From Erythrobacteraceae bacterium (lineage in GTDB: Bacteria; Pseudomonadota; Alphaproteobacteria; Sphingomonadales; Sphingomonadaceae): a stretch of 64,000 nt of DNA. The stretch spans positions 36,306 to 100,305 of the forward strand of contig JANNOJ010000015.1 in NCBI GenBank assembly GCA_031399025.1. Reading direction: 5' to 3'. Both the position numbers and the translations under genes were made by a program. Below the pieces are notes generated by a model, which worked only from the letters and a program-made list of their open reading frames with translations, had not been told where the DNA came from and searched no databases. Positions 15,051 through 24,380 of this stretch are shown here, in pieces; position 1 is the stretch's first letter, and the number at the start of each line of letters is the position of its first letter.

Positions 15051-16484
15051 TCACAGGTCGTCCAGCACCCAGCTGTCCTTGGTCCCGCCACCCTGGCTGG
15101 AGTTCACCACCAGCGAGCCCTTCTTGAGCGCCACGCGGGTGAGGCCGCCCGGGGTGATGTAGACGCCTTCGGGCGAGCACAGCACGAAGGGGCGCAGGTC
15201 GACATGGCGCGGCGCCAGGCCGCGACGGGTGAAGATCGGGCAGGTCGAAAGCGCGAGGGTGGGCTGGGCGATGTAATTGTCGGGCTTGGCCAAGAGCTTC
15301 TGACGGAATTCCGCAATCTCCCGCTTGCTCGAGGTGGGGCCGATCAACATGCCGTAGCCGCCCGACCCGTGGACTTCTTTGACCACCAGCTGTTCCAGAT
15401 TGTCGAGCACATATTTGAGCGCGTCGGCATCGGCGCAGCGGAAGGTTTCGACATTTCCCAGCAGCGGCCGCTCGCCGGTGTAGAACTCCATGATCTCGGG
15501 CATGAAGGAATAGATCGCCTTGTCGTCGGCGACCCCGGTGCCCGGCGCGTTGGCGATGGTGATGCGGCCCGCGCGATAGACGTCCATGATGCCCGGCACG
15601 CCCAGCACGCTATCGGGGTTGAAGGTGAGCGGATCGAGGAAGTCGTCGTCGACGCGGCGATAGAGCACGTCGATCGGCTGGAAACCGACGGTGGTGCGCA
15701 TCTGCACCCGGCCGTCGACGATCCGCAGGTCGCTGCCTTCGACCAGCTCGGCGCCCATCTGGTCGGCGAGGAAGGCGTGCTCGAAATAGGCCGAATTGTA
15801 GATCCCCGGCGTCAGTACCGCCACGATGGGATTGGCGCTCGCGTCGGGCGGGGCGCAGGCCGCGAGGCTCTGGGCGAGGCGGCGCGGATAGTTTGAAACC
15901 TGCTGCACCTTCACCCGGGTGAACAGCTCGGGAAACATGGCCATCATGGTCTCGCGGTTCTCGAGCATGTAGCTAACCCCCGATGGGGTGCGGGCGTTGT
16001 CCTCCAGCACCAGAAAGTCGTCGACCCCGATGCGCACCAGGTCGATGCCCACGATGTGGGTGTATACTCCGCCCGGCGGAGTGAAGCCGACCATCTGCGG
16101 CAGCCAGGCGTTGTTGTCGCGGAACAGGCGCTCGGGCAAGCGGCCCGAACGGATGATCTCCTGGCGGTGGTAGAGATCGTGCATGAAGGCGTTCAATGCC
16201 CGCACCCGCTGCTCGATGCCGCGCGACAGCCGCCGCCATTCGGCGCCGCTGATGATCCGCGGGACCATGTCGAACGGGATCAGCCGCTCCTCGGCGTCGT
16301 CCTCGCCGTAGACGTTGAAGGTGATGCCCGCGCGGCGGAAGAAGGTCTCGGCCTCGAAGCCCTTGCGCCGCACCCAGCCCGGCGCCTGCTCGGCCAGCCA
16401 TTGCTGGTATCCGCGATAGGCGGGGCGGATGGACCCGTCGGGGCCGTGCATCTCGTCGAAGCTGGCGGGCTCGGTCGCGCTCAT
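15051..16484 (-). CDS. circularly permuted type-2 ATP-grasp protein
   Basis: 477 aa. MSATEPASFDEMHGPDGSIRPAYRGYQQWL...ITFNVYGEDD...RLIPFDMVPRII...LVVKEVHGSGGYGMLIGP matches this family. First gene of the four-gene operon. Confidence 0.88.
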   Translation of the reverse strand: MSATEPASFDEMHGPDGSIRPAYRGYQQWLAEQAPGWVRRKGFEAETFFRRAGITFNVYGEDDAEERLIPFDMVPRIISGAEWRRLSRGIEQRVRALNAFMHDLYHRQEIIRSGRLPERLFRDNNAWLPQMVGFTPPGGVYTHIVGIDLVRIGVDDFLVLEDNARTPSGVSYMLENRETMMAMFPELFTRVKVQQVSNYPRRLAQSLAACAPPDASANPIVAVLTPGIYNSAYFEHAFLADQMGAELVEGSDLRIVDGRVQMRTTVGFQPIDVLYRRVDDDFLDPLTFNPDSVLGVPGIMDVYRAGRITIANAPGTGVADDKAIYSFMPEIMEFYTGERPLLGNVETFRCADADALKYVLDNLEQLVVKEVHGSGGYGMLIGPTSSKREIAEFRQKLLAKPDNYIAQPTLALSTCPIFTRRGLAPRHVDLRPFVLCSPEGVYITPGGLTRVALKKGSLVVNSSQGGGTKDSWVLDDL

Positions 16485-16587
16485 GTTACCCCTGTGACCC
16501 GAGCGTGCATGGCACGCTTCTAAATGTTCGCCAAGTGAGAGGCTGTTACAGCGCCCGGTTCAAACGACGGGGTTCAGGGGGCGGGGT

Positions 16588-17379
16588 TCAGGCGGCGAGC
16601 TCGCGGGCCACGGCACGGATCGCCTCGGCCGAATTGGAGAAGCCCAGATGGGTGCAGCGCAGCGCCACGGCGCGGTCGCGCTCGCCCGGGCGGCCGGCGG
16701 CACTGCGCGGGGCGATGATGCCGTCGCGCGCGCTCCACAGCGCCACGGTTTCCACCGGCGGCTTTTCCGGCACCCGCGCCTCGATCGGCGGGCTCATCAC
16801 CGAGTGGCCGGTGATCATCTGGTAGATCCGCCACATGTTGTTGGAATAGGGCGTGTGGCTGAACGGCGAGCCCATGGTGACCACCTTGTCCACCATCTCG
16901 GGGTGACGCTTGGCGATCTCGCGGGCGAAGATGCCGCCCAGGCTCCAGCCGACCAGCACCACGTTCCGCCCATAGCGCCGCTGGACGTCTTGCACCCGCC
17001 TAGACAGCTGGTCGAACACCTGTTCGGTGGGTCCGAAATTGAACCCTGCACCCCAGCGCTTGACCGTATGGCCGGCCCCCTCCAGCGTGCGGGCCATGTA
17101 GCGCATGCGCAGCGGATGGGTGGCGAACCCGGGCAGCAGAATGACCACCCGCGGCGCGCTGGCCTGGTCGAGTTCCAGCGCCGGGCGAAACAGGCGCGCG
17201 ACCGGCTCACCGAACGCCGTGACCTCGCCCAGCAGCAGCTCGATCCGCGGCGCGCTGGCCTCGTCGGGCGCCCGGTCCACGGCCAGCCGCGCCCGGCGCG
17301 AAACCGAGCTGCGCAGGTCAGCCAGCGAACTGCCGAACTGGGCCCGACGGGGAAGATGGGAGACGTTGGTGGTAGCCAT
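16588..17379 (-). CDS. alpha/beta-fold hydrolase (lipase/esterase-like)
   Basis: 263 aa. Nucleophile elbow VLVGWSLGGIFA and LLPGFATHP oxyanion region. Same strand as the ATP-grasp operon and about 100 bp upstream of it. Confidence 0.78.
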   Translation of the reverse strand: MATTNVSHLPRRAQFGSSLADLRSSVSRRARLAVDRAPDEASAPRIELLLGEVTAFGEPVARLFRPALELDQASAPRVVILLPGFATHPLRMRYMARTLEGAGHTVKRWGAGFNFGPTEQVFDQLSRRVQDVQRRYGRNVVLVGWSLGGIFAREIAKRHPEMVDKVVTMGSPFSHTPYSNNMWRIYQMITGHSVMSPPIEARVPEKPPVETVALWSARDGIIAPRSAAGRPGERDRAVALRCTHLGFSNSAEAIRAVARELAA

Positions 17380-17534
17380 TGATCCTACTGTAACCGAATT
17401 GTCTTGTTAGACGATGAACGGCCCTGCGTATCAAGGGTTTCTCGGTAAAAATCTGCCCGGCCGCGATCGGCCTCTTCGACCAGGCGCAAGGGGGACAGCT
17501 TGGCGATGCCCGGCAGCAATGCCATATCCGCACC

Positions 17535-19721
17535 ATGGCAGAACTCGTTATCCGGCGCGGTCTCACAGAGCCCGACACCAGCGGCCAATTCGTCCCCCAC
17601 AAGCCGCGGCGGCCCGAAAAGTCGCTGGGCGGGCGGCCGTTCAAGCTGGTTTCCGAATACGAGCCGGCGGGCGACCAGCCGGCCGCCATCGCCGAGCTGG
17701 TGGCGGCGGCGCGCGAGGGCGAACAGACGCAGGTGCTGCTCGGCGTGACCGGCAGCGGCAAGACCTTCACCATGGCCAAGATGGTGGAAGCGCTGCAGCG
17801 CCCGGCGCTGGTGCTGGCGCCCAACAAGATCCTCGCCGCGCAGCTGTACGGCGAGTTCAAGAGCTTCTTCCCCGAGAACGCGGTCGAGTATTTCGTCAGC
17901 TATTACGATTATTACCAGCCCGAAGCCTATGTGCCGCGCTCGGATACCTACATCGAGAAGGAATCGAGCGTTAACGAGGCGATCGACCGGATGCGCCATT
18001 CGGCCACCCGCTCGCTGCTCGAACGCGACGACGTGCTGATCGTCGCCTCGGTATCGTGCCTTTACGGCATCGGCTCGGTCGAAACCTATTCGGCGATGAT
18101 CTTCGATCTCAAAAAGGGCGAGAGCGTCGACCAGCGCGAAATCATCAGGAAGCTGGTCGCGCTGCAGTACAGGCGCAACGACGTCGCCTTCGCCCGCGGC
18201 TGCTTCCGGGTGCGCGGCGACAGCCTGGAGCTGCATCCCAGCCATCTTGAAGACACCGCCTGGCGGATCAGCTTCTTCGGTGACGAGATCGAGGACATCG
18301 CCGAGTTCGATCCGCTCACCGGCAAGAAGGGACAGCCGCTCGACAAGGTGCGCGTGTACGCCAATTCGCACTACGTCACCCCCGGCCCGACGATGCAGCA
18401 GGCGACCCAGGCGATCCGCTTCGAGCTGACCGAGCGGCTCAAGGAACTGCACGCGGAAGGCCGCCTGCTCGAAGCGCAGCGGCTGGAGCAGCGGACCAAT
18501 TTCGACCTCGAGATGATCGCCGCGACGGGCAGCTGCAACGGCATCGAGAACTACAGCCGTTTCCTGACCGGCCGCCTGCCGGGCGAGCCGCCGCCCACGC
18601 TGTTCGAGTACCTGCCCGAGAACGCGCTGCTGTTCGTCGACGAGAGCCACCAGACGGTGCCGCAGGTGGGCGCGATGGCGCGCGGGGACCACCGCCGCAA
18701 GATCACCCTGGCGGAGTACGGCTTCCGCCTGCCTTCGTGCATCGACAACCGCCCGCTGCGGTTCAACGAATGGGACGCGATGCGCCCGCAGACCGTCGCC
18801 GTCTCCGCCACGCCGGGGCCGTGGGAAATGGAGCAGACGGGCGGTGCGTTCGCCGAGCAGGTCATCCGCCCCACCGGGCTGATCGACCCGCCGGTGGAGA
18901 TCCGCCCGGTCGAAGACCAGGTGCAGGATTGCATCAACGAGTGCCGCGCGGTGGCCAAGCAGGGCTACCGCACGCTGGTGACGACGCTCACCAAGCGCAT
19001 GGCCGAGGACCTGACCGAGTTCATGCACGAGCAGGGCGTCCGCGTGCGCTACATGCATTCCGACGTCGAGACGCTGGAGCGCATCGAGCTGATCCGCGAC
19101 CTCAGGCTGGGCGTCTACGACGTGCTGATCGGCATCAACCTGCTGCGCGAGGGCCTCGACATCCCAGAATGCGGGCTGGTCGCGATCCTCGATGCCGACA
19201 AGGAAGGTTTCCTGCGCTCCGAGACCTCGCTGATCCAGACCATCGGCCGCGCCGCCCGCAACGTGGACGGCCGGGTGATCCTCTATGCCGACCGCATCAC
19301 CGGCTCGATGGAGCGGGCGATCGCCGAGACCGGCCGCCGGCGCGAGAAGCAGCGCGAATACAACGCGGCGCACGGCATCACCCCCACCACCATCCGCCGC
19401 GGCATCCAGGACATCGTCGCCCACACCGCCTCGCGCGACGGCGTGCTGATCGATACCGGCGATCCGGAACGCAACAACCTCGTGGGCCACAATTTGCGCG
19501 CCTACATCCAGGACCTGGAGAAGCGCATGCGCGCGGCGGCGGCGGACCTGGAGTTCGAGACCGCGGGTCGGCTGCGCGACGAGATCCGGCGGCTGGAGGC
19601 GGACGAACTGGGCATTCCCGATGCGGAAAAGCGCGCGCCGATCGTGGGGCGCAGCAACGAAGGCAAACCGGGTACGCGCAAGCTGCGCTACGGGCGGACG
19701 CAGCGGAAGATGGGGAAGTAG
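17535..19721 (+). CDS. uvrB: excinuclease ABC subunit B
   Basis: 728 aa. Walker [13 protein letters not shown], helicase motifs, beta-hairpin region and C-terminal UVR domain ([17 protein letters not shown]). Confidence 0.97.
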   Translation: MAELVIRRGLTEPDTSGQFVPHKPRRPEKSLGGRPFKLVSEYEPAGDQPAAIAELVAAAREGEQTQVLLGVTGSGKTFTMAKMVEALQRPALVLAPNKILAAQLYGEFKSFFPENAVEYFVSYYDYYQPEAYVPRSDTYIEKESSVNEAIDRMRHSATRSLLERDDVLIVASVSCLYGIGSVETYSAMIFDLKKGESVDQREIIRKLVALQYRRNDVAFARGCFRVRGDSLELHPSHLEDTAWRISFFGDEIEDIAEFDPLTGKKGQPLDKVRVYANSHYVTPGPTMQQATQAIRFELTERLKELHAEGRLLEAQRLEQRTNFDLEMIAATGSCNGIENYSRFLTGRLPGEPPPTLFEYLPENALLFVDESHQTVPQVGAMARGDHRRKITLAEYGFRLPSCIDNRPLRFNEWDAMRPQTVAVSATPGPWEMEQTGGAFAEQVIRPTGLIDPPVEIRPVEDQVQDCINECRAVAKQGYRTLVTTLTKRMAEDLTEFMHEQGVRVRYMHSDVETLERIELIRDLRLGVYDVLIGINLLREGLDIPECGLVAILDADKEGFLRSETSLIQTIGRAARNVDGRVILYADRITGSMERAIAETGRRREKQREYNAAHGITPTTIRRGIQDIVAHTASRDGVLIDTGDPERNNLVGHNLRAYIQDLEKRMRAAAADLEFETAGRLRDEIRRLEADELGIPDAEKRAPIVGRSNEGKPGTRKLRYGRTQRKMGK

Positions 19722-19806
19722 GGGGATTCCTGATTGAGAGGGAAAAATCGGGGCTGACCGCACCAAAATTTTGGTTCTATTGGATAGCTGCATTTTAGAG
19801 GCAGCC

Positions 19807-20094
19807 ATGATCCAATCTTTTGCTGATTCAGAAGCTGAGCGAATCTTTCGCGGCCAGCGCAGCCGCGAGTTGCCGTTCGAAATTCAGAACACCGCCCGCC
19901 GCAAGCTGCGACAGCTCAGCCGCGCCCTGCGGCTCGACGACATGCGCGTGCCCGGCGGCAATCGCTTCGAGAAGTTGAAAGGCTTCACACCTTCGCGATA
20001 TAGCGTGAGGATCAACGACCAGTGGAGGCTTACCTTCAGCTGGTCCGGTGGAGACGCGCATAATGTCCGGATCGAGGACTACCACAAGGGATGA
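19807..20094 (+). CDS. higB: HigB-type (RelE/ParE superfamily) toxin
   Basis: 95 aa. MIQSFADSEAERIFRGQRSRELPFEIQNTARRKLRQL...GNRFEKLKG...YSVRINDQWRLTFSW...NVRIEDYH is the typical plasmid-maintenance killer HigB pattern. Toxin precedes antitoxin. Confidence 0.8.
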   Translation: MIQSFADSEAERIFRGQRSRELPFEIQNTARRKLRQLSRALRLDDMRVPGGNRFEKLKGFTPSRYSVRINDQWRLTFSWSGGDAHNVRIEDYHKG

Positions 20095-20098
20095 TGAC

Positions 20099-20383
20099 AT
20101 GTTGGACAACGTCCATCCGGGTGCGGTCCTGCGAGAGGATTTTCTGATCGGCACCGAGATACCGACCAGCCAGGTCGCACAGGCTACGGGCCTCGCGATG
20201 GCTCGACTGGATGCATTGTTGGACGAACGTGAACCGGTCGATGCAGCGACGGATTTGCGTCTCGCGCGCTATTTTGGCGTGAGCGAAGGGTTGTTCCTGG
20301 GGCTCCAGATCGACTTTGATCTCGAAGAAGAGCGGCGTGCGCACGGGGGCGAGTTGGACCGGATCGTGCCACGGGCCGCATGA
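20099..20383 (+). CDS. higA: HigA-type antitoxin (XRE-family HTH)
   Basis: 94 aa. HPGAVLREDFL...TSQVAQATGLAMARLDALLDEREPVDAATDLRLARYFGVSEGLFLGLQIDFDL. Starts 4 nt after the higB stop. Confidence 0.8.
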   Translation: MLDNVHPGAVLREDFLIGTEIPTSQVAQATGLAMARLDALLDEREPVDAATDLRLARYFGVSEGLFLGLQIDFDLEEERRAHGGELDRIVPRAA

Positions 20384-20994
20384 TTCTGCCAAACCGCTGC
20401 GCAACTACCGCATTCGCCCTCGTCCTGTCAGCCTGCCAACCATCCGCCGACGAAAGCACCCCCCCGCCCCAGCGCGTCGCCTTCGGGGATGCCAGCCGGG
20501 CGCTGCTCAAGCCGCTGAACTCGCCCGACACCAGCGCGGCCCGCTGGGTGGTGAACGAGAGCGGGCAGGCGATCCACTTCGGCAATGCCGGCGAACGCCC
20601 GCTGCTCACGCTCGATTGCCGGCTGGCGGCTGATCCGCCGCAGCTGCGCATCGTGCGCCATGTCCGCGCCCGGCCGGGCCACGGCGCGCTCTTGCCGGTG
20701 ATCGGCAACGGCATGCGCTCGCGCTTCCTGGTCGATGCCGCGCTCGAGGACGGCGAATGGCGGTGGGAGGGCACGGTGCGGGCGGATGACCCGATGCTCG
20801 AAGTCTTCACCGGACCGCGCCCGCTGACGGCCACCTTGCCGGGTTGCGGGATGCTGGAGATCGCCGGCAGCCGCATTCCGGGCGAGTTCATCACCTGGTG
20901 CCGCGCTGGGGGCGCGGTGATGGAGGCCGAGGCGCAGGAGCAGGCGGAGGCGCCTGCCGGGGCGCCCGCGCGTCAGGGCGCGCCGGTCAGCTAG
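20380..20994 (+). CDS. hypothetical lipoprotein
   Basis: 204 aa. Lipobox LVLSAC after a short basic/hydrophobic N-terminus. ATG overlaps the higA TGA. No recognisable domain. Confidence 0.5.
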   Translation: MILPNRCATTAFALVLSACQPSADESTPPPQRVAFGDASRALLKPLNSPDTSAARWVVNESGQAIHFGNAGERPLLTLDCRLAADPPQLRIVRHVRARPGHGALLPVIGNGMRSRFLVDAALEDGEWRWEGTVRADDPMLEVFTGPRPLTATLPGCGMLEIAGSRIPGEFITWCRAGGAVMEAEAQEQAEAPAGAPARQGAPVS

Positions 20995-21025
20995 CTTGGG
21001 TCAGCTAGCTGGGGTCAGCTAGCTT
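20984..21025. repeat. 3 x 14-bp tandem repeat GGTCAGCTAGCT(T/G)(G/C) with palindromic AGCTAGCT core
   Basis: Read directly: ggtcagctagcttg ggtcagctagctgg ggtcagctagcttc. Copy 1 supplies the TAG stop of the lipoprotein gene. Copy 3 supplies the TGA stop of the convergent DsbD-family gene. Confidence 0.9.
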
Positions 21026-23129
21026 CGGCCAGCGCTACCAGGCTGTCGGGGGTCAGCACCTGCGGCAGCGTCTCACCCTCCCCGCCCGCCGGGTACCACA
21101 CATAGAGCGGCACTCCGGCCGCCCCGTGCGCGGTGAGGAAGCGCGTTATCGCCGGCTCGCGCCGGGTCCAGTCGCCGCGCATCGCCACCACGCCAGCCTC
21201 CTCGAACGCCTCGCGGGTGGCGTCGCGCTCGATCGCCACGTTCTCGTTCACCTTGCAGGTCAGGCACCAGTCGGCGGTGAACCACAGGAACACCGGCCTG
21301 CCCGAGGCGCGCGCCGCGGCCAGCGCCGCGGGGGTAAAGACCTGGGGTTGGAGCGCGCTCTCGGCGGCCCGGGCCGCCGGCGAATAGGCTTGGGGGGCCA
21401 GCACCAGGGCGACCGCCGCGAGGGCTCCGGCGACGATCGCCCGCCGGCCACCGCCGCCCTGCACGCTGGCGCTGCGCCAGGCCATCAGCAGGAGGACTGC
21501 CTGGATCGCGATCACCAGGCCGAGCGCGGCGAACCAAGCGCCGCCCAGCCGCCAGCACAGCCACAGCAAGGCTGCCGCGGCCAGGCCCATGGGCAGCGCC
21601 ATGAGCTGGCGAAAGCGTGCCATCCACGGGCCGGGCTTGGGCAGCACGCGACGCAACGCAGGAACGAAGCCGAGCGCCAGGAACGGCAGCGCCAGGCCCA
21701 GGCCGAGCGCGGCGAACAGCAGCAGCGCCGGCGCGGGAGGCAGCAGCAGCGCCGCACCCAGCGCCGCGGCCATGAAGGGCCCGGTGCACGGCGTCGCCAC
21801 GAAGGCGGCCAGCAGCCCGGTGGCGAAGGCGCTGGCGCGGCCGCCGCCGCGCGTGATCGACAGCGAGGGCAGTTCGTACAGGCCGGCGAAGTTCGCGGTG
21901 ATCGCCACGCTCAGCACCAGCAGCGCCAGCACCACGCCGGGCTCCTGCAGCTGGAACGCCCAGCCGATCTCGCTCCCGCCCGCCCGCAGCACCAGCAGCA
22001 GGCCGCCCAAGGCCACGCAGGCGAGCACCACCCCCGCGGCGTAGGCCAGCCCCTCGCGGCGCGCCTGCGTCTCGCTCTCGCCGGCGCGGGCGAGCGTCAG
22101 CGCCTTGAGGCTGAGAATGGGGAAGACGCAGGGCATGAGGTTGAGCAGCAAGCCGCCCGCAAGTGCCCCGGCGATGAGGAGCCACAGCGGCGCGCCGCCA
22201 GTCGCCAAGGCGCCCTCGCCACCGCCGAGCGGCTCGCCGCCCCAGGGCACGGCCCCGGCTGCGGCGGCGAAGCGCAAGCCATCGGTCTCGCCAAGCGCCA
22301 CGATGCCGGAAACGCGCCCGGGCTCCCGGCGCAGGCCGCCGCGCGCAATCTCGGCCACCAGCAGGTCGCCCTCGCGGCGGAAGACCTGCGGCGCGGCGTA
22401 GGCGACGGCCTGCTCCTGGGCCAGGAACACATGCGGCTGGCCGATGTCCAGGGTGGCAGGCAGCGGGATAGCGATGCGCAGCGCCTGGTCCGTGAAGGCG
22501 AAGCTGGCCTCGCTATCGAGCAGTGGCGGGACGGCCGCGCGCCAGGTGTCGAAGCGTTGGTCGCGCGCGCGCCTGCCCGGCGCCGGTTCGGTGGGCACGC
22601 GCAGGGTGAAGCTGCCGCTTTCGGGCACGCAGATCTCGTCGGTGCAGGCGAGCCACTCGGCTTCCACCGCGATCGGCACGAAGGCACCCGGAAGGCGGCC
22701 GGGCGGCACTTCCACCGGCACCAGCACGGCGTACGGCCCTTCGTAGACGTGGTTCATCAGCCCGGCGATCACCAGCTTTTGGGGCACCGGGTAGAGCGGC
22801 TCGCCCGCCTGCCAGCGTTCGGGCAGGTCCCAGGCGAGGCGCATGCCGTAGCCGGCATCGCCGGGATTGGCCCAGTAGCCGTGCCAGCCAGGCGCGGGAC
22901 GAAAGTGCAGCGCCAGGGTGAGCGTCTGCCCCGGGACTGCCGGCCCTTCGGCCACCAGCTCGGCGTCAATGTTGTTGGCCGGGGCTGCGGGCGTCTGCGC
23001 CTGGGCAGGAAACGGGCCGAGCAGGCAGGCCAGGGTCAGGCCGAGCCGCGCCAGCCAGCGCCGGGCGAAACCCCAGGCGCGGGGCCGAGCGGCCCCAAGG
23101 TCGGTAGCGATGGTTCTTGCATCGGTCAT
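21015..23129 (-). CDS. DsbD-family thiol:disulfide interchange protein
   Basis: 704 aa. Signal peptide plus periplasmic N-domain, CcdA/DsbD membrane core (LLNLMPCVFPILSLK, FVATPCTGPFM), and C-terminal thioredoxin fold with CxxC (WFTADWCLTCK). Confidence 0.85.
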   Translation of the reverse strand: MTDARTIATDLGAARPRAWGFARRWLARLGLTLACLLGPFPAQAQTPAAPANNIDAELVAEGPAVPGQTLTLALHFRPAPGWHGYWANPGDAGYGMRLAWDLPERWQAGEPLYPVPQKLVIAGLMNHVYEGPYAVLVPVEVPPGRLPGAFVPIAVEAEWLACTDEICVPESGSFTLRVPTEPAPGRRARDQRFDTWRAAVPPLLDSEASFAFTDQALRIAIPLPATLDIGQPHVFLAQEQAVAYAAPQVFRREGDLLVAEIARGGLRREPGRVSGIVALGETDGLRFAAAAGAVPWGGEPLGGGEGALATGGAPLWLLIAGALAGGLLLNLMPCVFPILSLKALTLARAGESETQARREGLAYAAGVVLACVALGGLLLVLRAGGSEIGWAFQLQEPGVVLALLVLSVAITANFAGLYELPSLSITRGGGRASAFATGLLAAFVATPCTGPFMAAALGAALLLPPAPALLLFAALGLGLALPFLALGFVPALRRVLPKPGPWMARFRQLMALPMGLAAAALLWLCWRLGGAWFAALGLVIAIQAVLLLMAWRSASVQGGGGRRAIVAGALAAVALVLAPQAYSPAARAAESALQPQVFTPAALAAARASGRPVFLWFTADWCLTCKVNENVAIERDATREAFEEAGVVAMRGDWTRREPAITRFLTAHGAAGVPLYVWYPAGGEGETLPQVLTPDSLVALAEAS

Positions 23130-23154
23130 GCCTCGCGATCTACGGGCGGGAGCG

Positions 23155-24369
23155 ATGGCTCACAAGCGCGATCTCCTGATCCTGGGCGGCGGGCTCGTCG
23201 GCATGACGCTGGCGCTCACCGCCGCCAAGAAGGGCCTCTCCAGCCACGTGGTCGACCGGGCCGATCCGGCCGAGCTGACCGCCGAGGGAGCGGACGGGCG
23301 CGCTTCGGCCATTTCCACCGCCAGCTGGAACCTGTTCACCAACATCGGCATTGCCGACGCGCTCGAACCGTTCGGCTGCCCGATCACCACGATCGCGGTG
23401 ACCGACGGGATGAAGCCGGGGCGCATCGATTTCACCCCCGAGCCGCACGAAGGCTCGTTGGGCCGGATGTTCGCCAACCGGCAGCTGCGGCTGGCGCTGT
23501 TCGAGGCGGCAGCCAGCGAGCCGCTGATCACCTGGCACCCGCGTGCCGAGGTGGCGGGCCGCGAGCGCGGCGAGCATGGCGTGGCCGCGGTGCTGGCCGA
23601 CGGCACTCGGCTGGAGGCCGCGCTGATGGTCGTCGCCGAGGGCCGCGCCTCGCCCACGCGCGAGGAGGCGGGCATCGCGCTCGCCCGCTGGGACTACGGC
23701 CACCGCGCGATCATTGGCGGACTGGCGCACGCCAAGCCGCACGAGGGGGTCGCCTGGGAGATCTTCTACCCGGCCGGGCCCTTCGCCCTGCTGCCGCTCG
23801 TCGACGACGAGCAAGGCCGCCACCGCAGCGCGCTGGTCTGGACGGTCGCGGAGCGCGATGCCGAAGGGGTGCTCGCGCTGTCGGACCGGGCGTTCGGCGC
23901 CGAGGTCGCCAAGCGGATGCACGGCATCCTCGGCGAGATCGAGATAGCCGCGCCGCGCTCCTCCTATCCGCTGGGCTTCCATCACGCCGCCACCATCACC
24001 GCAGCCCGGCTGGCGCTGGTGGGGGACAGCGCGCACGGCATCCACCCGATCGCCGGCCAGGGGCTGAACCTGGGCCTGCGCGACGTGGCCGTGCTGGTCG
24101 AGGTGCTGGCAGAAGGGATGCGGCTGGGGCTCGAGCCGGGCGATGCGCAGCTGCTCGCCCGTTACGAACGCTGGCGCGGGCTCGATACGTTCATGGTGGC
24201 GTTGGCGACGGACAGCCTCACGCGGCTGTTCGGCATTCCGGGCGCACTGCCGAGCGCGGCCCGGCGGCTCGGCATGGCGGCGGTGCAGCGCGCTACGCCG
24301 CTCAAGCGCTGGTTCATGGACGAGGCGCGCGGCTTGCACGGCGACCTGCCCGCGCTGCTTCGCGGCTGA
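23155..24369 (+). CDS. UbiH/UbiF/VisC/COQ6-family FAD-dependent ubiquinone-biosynthesis hydroxylase
   Basis: 404 aa. LILGGGLVGMTLAL dinucleotide motif and LALVGDSAHGIHPIAGQGLNLGLRD fingerprint. Confidence 0.85.
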   Translation: MAHKRDLLILGGGLVGMTLALTAAKKGLSSHVVDRADPAELTAEGADGRASAISTASWNLFTNIGIADALEPFGCPITTIAVTDGMKPGRIDFTPEPHEGSLGRMFANRQLRLALFEAAASEPLITWHPRAEVAGRERGEHGVAAVLADGTRLEAALMVVAEGRASPTREEAGIALARWDYGHRAIIGGLAHAKPHEGVAWEIFYPAGPFALLPLVDDEQGRHRSALVWTVAERDAEGVLALSDRAFGAEVAKRMHGILGEIEIAAPRSSYPLGFHHAATITAARLALVGDSAHGIHPIAGQGLNLGLRDVAVLVEVLAEGMRLGLEPGDAQLLARYERWRGLDTFMVALATDSLTRLFGIPGALPSAARRLGMAAVQRATPLKRWFMDEARGLHGDLPALLRG

Positions 24370-24380
24370 CGCGCGGGCGC

